Assembly: GCF_001194135.2 (NCBI RefSeq)
Contig: NC_068998.1
Span: forward strand, 18,275,132-18,314,206
DNA length: 39,075 nucleotides
Direction: 5' to 3'
Source of the DNA: Octopus bimaculoides
Lineage: Eukaryota
Shown here: one piece after another, positions 22,443 through 33,705 of the stretch
Layout: every line of letters starts with the position of its first letter
How positions within the stretch are numbered: the stretch's first letter is position 1
Position numbers and translations under genes: made by a program
The notes under the pieces: model-generated
What the model was told of the DNA's origin: nothing
Databases searched by the model: none
The model's input: only the letters and a program-made list of their open reading frames with translations

Positions 22443-22832
22443 TGTTGATGTTGTTGGCACTCCATCGTTTACAATGTCGAAGGTTCCAGTTGATCCGATC
22501 AAGGAACAGCCTGCTCGTGAAATTAATGTGCAAGTAGCTGAGCACTCCATAGACATGTGTACCCTTAACGTAGTTCTCGGAGATATTCAGCGGGACACAG
22601 TGTGACAAGGCTGACCCTTTGAATTACAGGTACAACGGAAACAGGAAGAAAGAGTGAGAGAAGGTTGTGGTAGAAGAGTACAGCAGAATTCACCAGCATC
22701 CCCTGCCGGAGCCTCGTGGGGCTTTTAGGTGTTTTCGCTCAATAAACACTCACAATGCCTGGTCTGGGAATCGAAACCGCGATCCTATGACCGCAAATCC
22801 GCTGCCCTAACCACTGGGCCATTGCGCCTTCA
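22443..22832 (-). mobile_element. SINE family D
   Basis: 12-bp TSD CAGATTTTGTGT at 22431-22442 and 22833-22844. Confidence 0.9.
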
Positions 22833-22959
22833 CAGATTTTGTGTAGGGCTTACATAAAAGAAGATGAAGGAAAGAAAGAGAAGAGATGGGGAGAGATGAA
22901 ATAAAAAGCAAACATAGTATAAAAAATGTGAACACATACATAGATGATACATTTCTCCT

Positions 22960-23360
22960 AATACAGGAGAGTCTCCAAATAGAGCCAATGAAGGAATCCT
23001 AGGATCACCTTGGTCACCAAGCCCATGAGCCCTCACCCGACTGTTCTTCTGCAATCTACAGGTGTATACTTAGAATAGTTCAATTCAGCCTGACCATTTT
23101 TACCAGTCATCCACTTTTTGATAACTTCACTTCAATCCACCTTCAATTTCCTTTCCAAGTGGTACTTCGAAAAAGTCAAAGAGGAAGGTATTTGTCCTCA
23201 ATTCTTTCAGCCTCATCCACTACACAACCTCTTTCACCATAACCACCAGACAGAGTAACATTGACTGTCCCACTTTGTTGAAAGTCAGCAGTGGGGTGAT
23301 TTTGACAATGGACTTGACTTGTATGACAGTGAGACTCATTTACAACTACAACCATCATAA
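22960..23360 (-). mobile_element. Highly decayed RTE-like LINE relic
   Basis: LQKNSRVRAHGLGDQGDPRIPSLALFGD loosely matches RxxRLRWxGHVxRMxxxRIPKxxLFGE; weak. Confidence 0.35.
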
Positions 23361-23374
23361 CAAAGTCAGGCGCT

Positions 23375-23560
23375 GGGGTTACTTTACCTTACAATCTTTT
23401 GAAGTTGATAAAATAAGTACTAGTCAAGTACTGGGGGGTTGATGTAATCAACTTTCCCACCCCTCAAACTTGCTGGCTTTGTGCTATAATTTAGAATAAT
23501 TTATTGTTATTATTACTATTATCATTATTACTATTATTATTGTTATTATTATTATTCATA
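23375..23560 (+). mobile_element. SINE family B, 3' half with (ATT)n tail
   Basis: GTTGATAAAATAAGTACTAG..GATGTAATCAACT..GCTGGCTTTGTG. Confidence 0.65.
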
Positions 23561-23568
23561 AAAGAATA

Positions 23569-23570
<2 letters not shown>

Positions 23571-23628
<58 letters not shown>
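23571..23628. repeat. Compound (TA)n(GA)n microsatellite
   Basis: Direct reading. Confidence 0.95.
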
Positions 23629-23629
<1 letters not shown>

Positions 23630-24864
23630 AAGCAAATAGTGTTGAGTGGTTTAACATTCTCAGTTAGAAATTACAATTTTCTCAATATACCACATTCTAA
23701 ATCAAGCACAATAATTACGAATATCTTTCATAGTTTTAATACACGCTCATTCTTCATTCGTTACTTTTCTAGCCTCTGAGTTGATGAAAGCCATTGATAA
23801 GGGAAGTTAAACAACCGTTGGGCTCATTCTCATCATATTCTAGATTTGTTTACAGAAATGCTATTTGTTTGATTATCAAGTGCTAGTTGAGGTAACAAAT
23901 AACAGGATGTGCAAAATGTAAGATTTATCTGTTTTATAATTTTCTGTTGCTATAATGACTAACTGTTTCTACCATTTGATTCGTTATTAATTCCTGTTGG
24001 GAACTGGAATGTTTGTCCTGGACAAATGAATGGCCTCAAGCATGTTTTTTTCTGTGTCTGCTTGTTTTTTTGTTTTTTCTTAATCTGGTTCCAACTTGCA
24101 CCTTACACTGATATGAATGGATTGCACCAGTGCCAGCGGTCATAACCAAAGGATATTTATTTATCCTCTTCCTCCTCCATCATCACCACGACCACTGCTG
24201 CTGCTACCACCACTATATGCACATGCATAGTGTGTGTAATGAATAACGACAGAAAGCCTATCCAACCAACGAATTGTTACAAAGAAGGCTATTTTATTTA
24301 CCCTTCGCTACCAACCAACCAGCTGATAGGAAGGTTTTGGTGTAGAGTAATGTAAATAGACCACAATAGGATGAGTTGAGATTAGAAAGAACATTCTTTA
24401 GTGTTGGATGAATGTTATTTATCGTTGCTACAAAACACTTTCATCAAGTCATCTTCATTGTCAATATCCTTAAATCTAGCAATTCTCATTTTGTTTAAAC
24501 ACATTGAAGTAAATACTAGTCAACAGTACTTCATAAAAATAATAAATAAATAAATAAATAAATAGGATGTTTTCTAGTGTTAATATCAAATGTAATGAAG
24601 CAGAGTTAATGAACTGCATTCAGAAAATAAATTCTCTTTGATTCACATGAGTTTTAATCAACGCGAGCCCTGATCGTGAATTTTAATTTCCTTTTCACAG
24701 TAACTGCATAAAATATAAAATTTGAATTTAAAGAAGAAAATAGTAGGAGGCTCTGCTCTTCAGAAACTCTATTTAAGCAGTCATATCACAAACTTGTAAA
24801 AATAATGAAGAATGCACAAAATTTAATTTGTTGTATGTTTCTAACAGTATCAATGACCCCCCCC

Positions 24865-24885
24865 NNNNNNNNNNNNNNNNNNNNN
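24865..24885. other. Assembly gap (N) inside a poly(C) run
   Basis: Run of N flanked by C tracts. Confidence 1.
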
Positions 24886-25088
24886 CCCCCCCCAATTATA
24901 CTCAGTTCTAATATGAAAAAATAATTACATGGATAGTAAAAGAAATTATCTTTAAATAACAATTAGGATGATTTCACTTGAAATCGTTTAGATAGAATGG
25001 TAAAGAACCAACAGATCATGTGTCGTCCTTTAGACTTTGTTGCAGATATTAAGTTCATATCTTGTTACAGAAGGTACATTGTCTCAGT

Positions 25089-25821
25089 TGAAAAATGCGA
25101 GCATGGAAAGTAATATTCTTAAGATTATAAATCTGGAAAAGTACAGGACAAGTTATTACACCTGGAAAAGTATAGGACAAGCTATTACTTCTAGTAAAGT
25201 AAAGAATAAGAAACTTTTTACTTAAAATATTGCAGCAAAGAATGCCAGTTCTTCTAATTTATCACTCTTTATAGTTTTCATCTTTTAAATTTATTGTACA
25301 AAATTGTTCAGCTAATTTGTAAGTTTGTCTAATTAGTCACTTTTTCTGTATTTAAGGTAGTAAATTAGCCAAATTCTACTTAACCCTTTTGTTACCGTAT
25401 TTATTTTGAGATGCTCTGTGTTTCTTTCAATTATTTTAAATATAACAAAGAATTTAGTAAAATAACATAGTTATCATAAAGCTAGTGTTACGAACATAAA
25501 TTGTGACTAAGGCTTAGTGGTATATTTTAATGCAAAACTTATGAAATCAAGACATTTGTACTATGGAGCCAGAGCCAGTTTTGGTTGGGTTAGTAACGAA
25601 AGGGTTAAATAAGTATAGTGTTATTTGTAAACTATAATAAAATAATTTTTAATATTCAAATTTTAATTTTAGCTGCAATATTTTAAGTAAAAAAGTTTCT
25701 TATTCTTTACTTTACTAGAAGTAATAGCTTGTCCTATACTTTTCCAGGTGTAATAACTTGTCCTGTACTTTTCCAGGTTTATAATCTTAAGAATATTATT
25801 TTTCATGTTAGCATTTTTTCA
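25089..25821. repeat. Long inverted repeat (arms 25089-25236 and 25672-25821); foldback/MITE-like, superfamily unassigned
   Basis: 87-nt exact inverted match (left arm 25133-25219). Each arm has tandem 29-bp units CTGGAAAAGTA(C/T)AGGACAAG(T/C)TATTAC. No TSD found. Confidence 0.85.
25384..25604. mobile_element. piggyBac-type MITE, 221 bp, second family
   Basis: TTAA at 25380-25383 and 25605-25608; TIRs CCCTTTTGTTAC and GTAACGAAAGGG (11/12). Confidence 0.85.
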
Positions 25822-26631
25822 TGTAATCCATGATTTTTCCAGGCATTGCTGTTATAAGATAATTAATAATGTTTCAATTAATAATTTAAGATTTTAACTT
25901 ATAAGATACTGAAAGATAATATTTCAATTTGTCTATGTAAGTGATGATAATATTTCAATTTTTTTCATGTTTAATTTAAATATATGTTGTGAACGAATTA
26001 TTTGATATTACCCATCCACACCAAATTAATGGCAGGGAATTTTACCATCTTGTTGGTTGCACCTGTCTCACCAAAAGTTACAAACAAGAAGACCCCAAAA
26101 CCATTAGTTACCACCTTAAGTAACCTAGATTTTGAGTTGACTGCTGCTAATCTATATCTATCAATAATTATTCAATACAACAGTAATTATAAAAGCATAT
26201 CAGATATACACAAGTTAAAATTACCTACATCCCATTAATATAAATTTGATTTATGAAAAATCCCTTTTAATTAATTTTGAAATTTAAAAAGTAAATTTAG
26301 AATATAAGCACTTTTAACCAATGCCTTTTCTGGACAGCCTTACTACATGCCTTCAGGTCTGCCTGTAGAGACACAGCCAAAATTGACTATATTCCTGCTC
26401 CAATAATTTAGATGCATATATCTGAAGCATATAATACATTAATGAAATAGCCTGATTAAATAATTAACTAAAAAGAAAAGGAAAGCAACTAAAAAGGAAA
26501 AGCAAAAAAAGCAGAAAGCAAGTTAATTGAAGCTGAAAGAGAAAATTAATAATAAAAGTTAAAACTTACCCTAATTCAACAGCATATTAAAAATAACTTT
26601 ATTAAATACGTAATTAAAAAAATAAAATATA

Positions 26632-26742
26632 CAAAAGATAAAGTCAACCTCAGTGGAATTTGAACTCAGACCAAAAAGACAGACAAAATACCACTAAGCA
26701 TTTCGCTCGGTGCACTAACGTTTCTGCCAACTCGCCACATTA
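26632..26742 (-). mobile_element. SINE family B, 5' half
   Basis: AAAGTCAACCTCAGTGGAATTTGAACTCAGA..TGCCAACTCGCC. Confidence 0.75.
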
Positions 26743-27524
26743 GAATGTAAACATTCATTTTAGAAATATATTCTTATCTTAACATTATTGGGGTGTTACT
26801 TCTTACTTCCTCACTTACAATAAATTTCATGACATTTCACCTCATAACTTTTTTCTTCTAATTTTTGTTCAATGTGACTAACAATTCTGAATTCCTCATG
26901 CATTTTTCTATCATTTAAGCCTAAGAAAAGTATACTTTTATTTTAAAATAAAAAGAAATTATGTTACTGCCCACCTTTAGACCTGACATATTTTGATGTA
27001 ACTTTTTTTCTACTGAACCAAATCTCAAACTATTTATGCCAAAGTGTAGCTGAGGAAGTGTTCTCTTTAAAACTGTTAACAGTTTGCAATTTAGTTGAGA
27101 ACTGAATTAGTGGCAAAACTTGGAAGCTGCTGTGATTGACGAAATGGTGGACTTAATATATTCAACCACTGTCATGGTTGAATAACTGTATACATACATA
27201 TACTGTATATATATATATAAGTAGAGAAAGAGAGATATATGTATGTTTGTATATATTCTATATAAAAGTGATTGCTTGATGTTGTAATCTTTACCTGACT
27301 ATATTTATAATGAAATATATTTGTCTATATGTTTGAATTGATATTGAAAATAACCAAGAATTTGGAGGGATTTATTAAGATAACTTTGTCAGTGTTTAGA
27401 ACATCACCATATCATGATAGTTTTTTTTTTTTAAATTTGAATATGAATATTTTAGATTGACAGGTTTTCAATCATAGAACCAGTAGTGATTTCAGGTAGA
27501 TTAGTATCAAAAAGTTTAACTTAC

Positions 27525-27604
27525 CTCTGGCTCACTATTATCTTCAGTTTGGGCTTTACAGTTAAGATTCACATGATCAATAATATCTCGGAGAAGAGCT
27601 GACT
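27525..27604 (-). CDS. CEP78: CEP78 exon
   Basis: ccttacag|AG...GAG|gtaagt, 80 nt, phase 1 to 0. Encodes ESALLRDIIDHVNLNCKAQTEDNSEPE; keeps frame with both neighbours. Confidence 0.85.
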
Positions 27605-27799
27605 CTGTAAGGTAACAAAATTAAACAACATGAAAGTTCAGTCTGTGTTAATCATATCAAGAAAATATGGAAAACTCTTCAGAGCTGAAAAATAATTTAA
27701 TGTTAACCAATTCTTCCATCCTCCTCCAGATTTTTGTCTACTGGAATTCCTTCCCTGCTCAAGTTATCTAATAGACAGTAACCTGCAACAACAAATCAA

Positions 27800-28017
27800 G
27801 TTTTCAAATTTTGGCACAAGGCCAGCAGGTTTGGGGGAGGAGCTAAGTCAATTAAATCAACCCCAGTGTTCAACTGGTACTTATTTTATCGACCTTGAAA
27901 GAATGAAAGGCTAAGTCAACCCTGGTGGAATTGGAACTCAGAATGTAAAGACGGACAAAATGCCACTAAGTATTTTTTGCTTGGCGTGCTAATGACTCTG
28001 CCAGCTCACTGCCTTAA
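27800..28017 (-). mobile_element. SINE family B
   Basis: Collinear, in reverse, with the other B copies. Confidence 0.8.
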
Positions 28018-28211
28018 AATCAAGTTGAACATTAAACTCTATTAACCCTTATCCTGCCATCTAATCTAGGAGAAGGACTAATAAAAGGCTAGCAGCATTT
28101 CAATTCTCCTCTTCAACAGGCTGGTAAATGTTTAAAGGAAAGTATACTCTAATGACAGAAGGAAACAAGAATGGATACATCTGAGCATATGAATGAGGAA
28201 ACCACACTCTA

Positions 28212-28242
<31 letters not shown>

Positions 28243-28269
28243 TAAATAAACAAATAAATAAAGATAAAG

Positions 28270-28648
28270 GTGCAGGCATGGTTAAGAAGCTTGCTTTGCA
28301 AACATGTGATTTTTGAGTTCAGTTCCACAGCACACCACATAAAGCAAGTGTTTTCTATTATAGTCCTGGGCCAACCAATGCCTTGTGAATCAATGTGGTG
28401 GGCAATATACTGTGAGGATGCCTGCTGTGTGTGTGTGTGGTTTTGTTGTGTTTGACCCCCATTACTGCTTAACAACTGATGTTGGTTTGTTTACATCCCC
28501 ATAAATTACCAGTTCGGTAAAAGAAACTGATAGAATAAGTATCAGACTTTAAAAAAAAAAAAAGTATTGGAGTTAATTTGTTTAACTAAACTCTTCATGG
28601 TGGTGCCCCAGCATGGGCTGCAATCTAATGACTGAAACAAATAAGGGA
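28270..28648 (+). mobile_element. SINE family A
   Basis: Collinear with the 19415 copy; flanked by (AAAT)n on both sides. Confidence 0.75.
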
Positions 28649-28652
28649 TAGA

Positions 28653-28688
<36 letters not shown>

Positions 28689-29114
28689 AACACAATCTGC
28701 TTAGGTGAAAATAAATACCATTTCTTCTCATTAATAGTTGTGCAATCAACATTAAGAAAGGGATCAGCTTCAGAATCTTTTGATCTAACAATTTATGCAA
28801 ATTTTTGGAAGTGCAGAACCATCAAACCCATATAACTATGAATAGTCTGTTAAGAAAATTTAAATAAAAGAAATTAATGATTACCCCCATCCTCACCGCG
28901 TCCATCATCCCACACCACACAGTAATTGAAAATTAGTCAAGCTGAGTGAAAACCAGTAAACGAATTCAATATCTTTTTTATGAGTCAAGCATTTTATAGA
29001 ATAATAATTGAAAACAGAATCATTAATGAAATCACTTTCACATTTTAATTAACAGACTTAAGTGTTTATAATGTGGCAAATGCTACAGTGTAAAAGTTAA
29101 GCTTTTGTCTTTCA

Positions 29115-29365
29115 TCTTTCAGTTCTTACCTGTATTTGCCATTAGACTGTGACCATGCTGGGGCATCAGTTTGAAAAGTTTAGTTAGACAAATCAACTCC
29201 AGTTACTTATTTTTCTAATGTACAGTACTTATTCTATCAATTTCTTTTGCCAAAGTGCTATGTTAAGGAGACATTAACAAATCAACACAGTTGTCGAGTG
29301 GTGTGTGAAGACACGCACACACAGACATGCACTCACACACACACATGCACACACACACACAAACA
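29115..29365 (-). mobile_element. SINE family A, 3' part
   Basis: GACTGTGACCATGCTGGGGCA..TTGTCGAGTGGTG. Confidence 0.65.
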
Positions 29366-29433
29366 CATGCACAAAATTAGGGTAGGCTTGATCACATCTA
29401 CATGCACCTACATCTGAGATTAAATTCATAAAC

Positions 29434-29850
29434 AGGTGCAGGCATGGCTGTGTGGTAAGAAGTTTGCTTCCTAACCACATGATTCCAAGTTCAGTCCCAT
29501 TGTGTAGCATCCTGGGCAAGTGTTTTCTACTATAGCCTCAGGCAGATCAAAGCCTTGTGAGTGTATCTGGTAAACGGAAACTGAAAGAAGCTCATCGTAT
29601 ATGTATGTATGCATATGTATATGTGTGTTGGTGCGTCTTTGTGTCTGCACTCCCCCCCCCCTCCACCGCTTGACAACCAGGGTTAGTCTGCTTATATCCC
29701 TCTAACTTAGTGGTTTGACAAAAAATAGAGAAAGTACCAAGCTAAAGAAAAAATAAATAATTACTGGGGTTGATTCATTTAACTAAAATTCTTCAAGGCG
29801 ATGCCCCAGCATGGACATAGTCTAATGACTGAAACAAGTAAAAGACAGAA
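29434..29850 (+). mobile_element. SINE family A
   Basis: Collinear with the 19415 copy. Confidence 0.85.
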
Positions 29851-30026
29851 TTAATGACATGTATTTAATAATATATTTAGCCTCGTTTAATGGAAACCAC
29901 AACCAGCTGATCCAATCTTTCATTCTGACTGCTGAGAGACACAGGGAAAGTGGCTCAACTTTCACAGTGACACTAAATACAGAGAGTAGTTCAAAAGTCC
30001 CTTTAGCAGTAGCCTTTTTGATACCA

Positions 30027-30237
30027 CCTTTTGATACCAACCTGCCTCAGACTCTATAACATAAACCTACTGTTTTAAAGTAGTCTGAATTATAATCTTC
30101 TGCCAAAATTTTATGCTAATTTGTTCCAGATCTCAGCTTAATGATGACAAAGTTATTTTACCTAAATACTTCGTTATTTTAAAAAATTAACTGAAACAAA
30201 GGCAATATATATTGACAGAAATATGGTAACGAAAGGG
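30027..30237. mobile_element. Diverged, inverted homologue of the 25384 MITE
   Basis: Right end GGTAACGAAAGGG+TTAA (30238-30241); internal AAAATAACTT..TCATTAAGCT shared in reverse; left end CCTTTTGATACC lacks TTAA. Confidence 0.65.
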
Positions 30238-30779
30238 TTAATAATATACACTAGTGAACAACTGAGATCATTTGAGCTTTTTACAATAAATCACACACCT
30301 CCTACCTCTTCTCCATGCCCTTCATACACCTCCCCATCAATGCATTCATTACACTCCTAACACCAGTCCCCACACTATGTGTCTGATGGGTTCTAATATA
30401 TCTAGTTGAGTCTATTGCCCTGTCATTCATAATGCCAGCCATCTTTACACACACCACATGACAGTTTCTCAGACAATCAAACAGGATTAGTATTAAATTG
30501 TGCCATTTAATAGGGCAATTAATATTCTCTCAGTCTTTTGATGATGACATTTTCTTAAATATTTCAAACAGAATATTCATATCAAAAGAACTTTGCAACC
30601 AAATAGCTAAGATAGTATTAAAAATATATAAAAGCAAATTGTAACAAAATAAAAAAAAATTGAAAATATATATCATTTAAATGTTAAAGAGACTTCTGTA
30701 TGTTATAGATATGACAGTAATTCTGTTGATAAATTTGATTTCAAATACACTGTAACAATGTTCCATTTAATAAATACAT

Positions 30780-30943
30780 AGGTGTAGGTATGGCTGGGTG
30801 GCAAGAGGTTTGCTTTCCAGCCACATGGTTCTGGGTTCAGTTCCACTGAGTGGCACCTTAGGAATGTGTCTTCTACTATATCTCTGGGCCAACCAAATCT
30901 TTGAGAGTAAATTTGATAGGTGTAAACTGTAAAAAGTCCATCG

Positions 30944-30978
<35 letters not shown>

Positions 30979-31218
30979 ATATGTATGTATCTAGTCTCTG
31001 TATTTGTGTCTGTCTCCCTACCATCAGTTGACAACCATTGTTGGTTTGTTTGCATCCCCATAACTTGGCAGTTCAGTGAAAAGAGACCAGTAGAATAAGT
31101 ACCAAGCTTAAATTTTTAAAAAACACCCACAAGTACTGGGGTCAATTTGTTTGACTAAAACGTCTCCAAGTGGTGGTACCCCAGCATAGTTGCAGTTCAA
31201 TGATTGAAACAATTAAGG
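30780..31218 (+). mobile_element. SINE family A
   Basis: Collinear with the 19415 copy. Confidence 0.8.
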
Positions 31219-31450
31219 TATACACACACATATATACATATGCATATACATATATCATCATCATCATCATTTAGCATGATGAGGTGGAGAGGAAAAGAAG
31301 GGAAAAAAGCCTTCTCGAGTATATGGGTAGGGATGGGAAAATAAAAATATATAAATATAGCAGGAAAGTAAGAAAATCTGGAGAGTAAAAGTTCATAGTG
31401 ATTTGACACTGACTGGTAGATATCCAAGAAAATCATACATCAATGTTGTT

Positions 31451-31527
31451 GATGAGATAGAAGAGAATTCAAGGGATCCTTTGCATTGATGAGATAGAAG
31501 AAAGGTCAAGAGGTCCTTTGCATTGAT
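31451..31527. repeat. 37-bp tandem duplication
   Basis: GATGAGATAGAAGAGAATTCAAGGGATCCTTTGCATT followed by GATGAGATAGAAGAAAGGTCAAGAGGTCCTTTGCATT. Confidence 0.8.
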
Positions 31528-31571
31528 CCATGGGTTCACAGGAAAATCTTGCAACTGATGGATAGGAAAGT

Positions 31572-31800
31572 TTTGCTAGTTCTTTACAGTAGTTTACCTT
31601 TACCTTTGTAGCAGTTGACTATGGTGCTGCTACACCAATCATTGGGTATGACTCCTTCATGAACTAATTGATTTATGATGTGGGTGACAAGACCGTAACC
31701 CACACCACCCAATATTTTAAGCATCTCAGTAGTGATTCCTGATGGGCCAGGTGCTTTCCCTGTCTTCATATCGTTAATTGCGTTATCTAACAGGGTACTG
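31572..31800 (-). mobile_element. RTE-clade LINE reverse transcriptase fragment (start of RT domain)
   Basis: MKTGKAPGPSGITTEMLK...VIPNDWCSSTIVNCYKGKG matches the KAPGPDGIxxEMLK..PxDWxxSxIVxIYKGKG signature. Confidence 0.85.
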
Positions 31801-31901
31801 CAGTTTATGTACAGATATATCTCTTATGGACATGCTGTGTTAAAAATAATAAATATCAGAACAAGAAAAAAAAATCATCCCAGCAGCAACAAATGAGAAC
31901 G

Positions 31902-31938
31902 CCAGATGCATTTCGACTTTTACGTGCCTTTTCAATAA
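31902..31938 (-). ncRNA. Candidate minimal hammerhead with U3-A8 core variant, copy 1
   Basis: TTA-TTGAAAA-GGCACGTAAAAGTC-GAAA-TGCA-TC-TGG; palindromic ATGCAT at stem III; stems I and II only about 3 bp. Confidence 0.4.
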
Positions 31939-32239
31939 TGTGTAGTCAGTCACAATCACATATTTGGATGAGAATCTGTCACCTTCAGTATAGGAAATAG
32001 TGAATAAAACATTGACTGCTGTTATGAATAATCACCTGGCCAAATAAAAATCTAGCATATGCAGTTGAGGCAGAATTAAATTAAAACAGTCATTTATGCA
32101 TCATACGTAATGTATAAAACCACCCTGTTATTGCAGTATTCATCCTGAGGTAGTATCTCTTAGAGACACGTTGTGTTAAAGAGACAGTGAATATCAGAGG
32201 GAAACAAAATATTGTCTCAGTAGCAACCAGCAAGAATGG

Positions 32240-32276
32240 CCAAATGCATTTTGGCTATTCTAGACCTTTTCAATGA
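32240..32276 (-). ncRNA. Candidate minimal hammerhead with U3-A8 core variant, copy 2 (degenerate)
   Basis: TCA-TTGAAAA-GGTCTAGAATAGCC-AAAA-TGCA-TT-TGG; same geometry, 338 bp from copy 1. Confidence 0.33.
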
Positions 32277-32317
32277 TGTGTGCCTGCAGGACGAATACTG
32301 CAATAACTGGCTTATCA

Positions 32318-32490
32318 GTTAGTTTGTTTATGTCCCTAGAACTTAGCAGTTCAGCAAAAGAGACCAAAAGAATTAGTAACAGACTTTTAAAAAAATAAGG
32401 GATTAATTTATTTGACTAAACCCATCAAGGTGGTGCTCCAATAAGGCCGCAAGCCAATGATTGAAACGAGTAAAAGAAAAGAATAAAAGA
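32318..32490 (+). mobile_element. SINE family A, 3' part
   Basis: ACTTAGCAGTTCAGCAAAAGAGACC..TGATTGAAACGAGTAAAAG. Confidence 0.7.
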
Positions 32491-32818
32491 TACATATGGA
32501 GAATGCATGCAGAATAGTTGGTAAGATTCTAAAGAACAGAATATAAGACCCATGTTAGACTCCAAGTGTAACAGGAAATAATGTCCTTATATGGCTGTCA
32601 CAGCTTCCATTTCCTCCACCTATGAAATCAATAAAGCTGATCATAGATGAATATCACTGATATCAAAAGGTCAAGCAATTGACTTATTTATCACAGTATT
32701 GCAAAGAATAAATATATAAATATCTATTCTTATCTTCAATATAATAATGTATTTATAATACATTTTCTGTTCAGTCGTTGAGAGAGTTAAAGAAAGAGAC
32801 AGAAAAAGAAAGAGAGAA

Positions 32819-32819
32819 T

Positions 32820-32877
<58 letters not shown>
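32819..32877. repeat. (TG)n microsatellite
   Basis: Direct reading. Confidence 0.95.
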
Positions 32878-32879
<2 letters not shown>

Positions 32880-32998
32880 ATGTAAGTGTAAGTAAGAGGG
32901 AGAGGAAGATATTGATTCGATTTTTAGAAGAGAAACCAATCAATAAATGAGAAATGATGAAAGAAGAATAGTTGTCAACCAATTCATTTCTAAATAAT

Positions 32999-32999
32999 G

Positions 33000-33056
<57 letters not shown>

Positions 33057-33067
33057 AGTGAGAGATT

Positions 33068-33102
<35 letters not shown>

Positions 33103-33139
33103 CATTAATGAGTGAGAGATTATCATCATTATTATTATT
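32999..33139. repeat. (ATT)n tracts with a duplicated AATGAGTGAGAG spacer
   Basis: Direct reading; the spacer occurs near 33053 and 33107. Confidence 0.9.
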
Positions 33140-33372
33140 CTAGCAGAATTGTTAGCATGCTGGGCAAAATGCTTAGCAGTATTTCGTCTGTCTTTATGTT
33201 CTGCACTCAAATTCTGCCAAGGTCGACTTTGCCTTTCACCCTTTTGGGATTGATAAAAAAAGTACCAGTCAAGTACTGGAGTCGATGTAACTGACTTAAC
33301 CCCTCCCACGAAATTGCTGGCCTTGTGTCAAAATTTGAAACCATTATTATTATTATTATTATTATTATTATA
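33140..33372 (+). mobile_element. SINE family B
   Basis: Embedded between (ATT)n tracts. Confidence 0.85.
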
Positions 33373-33481
33373 GATGTCACACAGTATCGTGAGGTTGTTG
33401 ATTGAAGATATTGATATTGTGTCTACTGAGGGTTTGTACTGTTTGTCAAGTCACAATTATTATTATTATTATTATTATTGT

Positions 33482-33697
33482 AAGCATGCCAAACAAAATG
33501 TTTAGTGGCATTTTATATACCTTTATGTTCTGAATTCAAATTCTGCCAAGGTCAACTTTGTCTTTCGTCCTTTCAGGGTTAATAAAACAAGTACCAGTTA
33601 AGCATTGGGGAGGAGGAGGCTTGAGGTAATTGATTTACCCCTCCCCAAACTTGCTGGTCTTGTGCCAAAATTTGAAATCATTATTATTATTATCATC
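33482..33697 (+). mobile_element. SINE family B, 5' truncated
   Basis: Starts directly after (ATT)n and ends in (ATT)n. Confidence 0.8.
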
Positions 33698-33705
33698 ATT
33701 GCCAG

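Larger units (their letters stand above)
31795..32307 (-). repeat. Two diverged ~150-bp direct repeats plus a 21-bp inverted repeat; Penelope pLTR-like arrangement
   Basis: 31803-31945 resembles 32141-32285 (shared TATCTCTTA..GACA..TGTGTTAAA, AATATCAGA, GCAAC, ATGCATTT, CCTTTTCAAT). GTTATTGCAGTATTCATCCTG 32127-32147 matches the reverse complement of 32287-32307 at 20/21. Confidence 0.65.

Noticed and set aside
24425-24465. AAACACTTTCATCAAGTCATCTTCATT, reminiscent of a reversed hammerhead or Penelope end
   Set aside because: The core (ATGAAGA..GAAAG) and stems are too degenerate to support a call.
28043-28135. TTAACCCTTATCCTGC ... GCTGGTAAATGTTTAA as a possible piggyBac MITE
   Set aside because: The TIR match is too poor.
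28727-28786. Possible extra CEP78 exon (ttag|ATCAAAAG...AAATG|gtattt), open and phase-compatible
   Set aside because: Weak acceptor, no resemblance to CEP78, and the flanking exons 36496 and 27604 already join into the conserved NPLI-(D/E)..L sequence.
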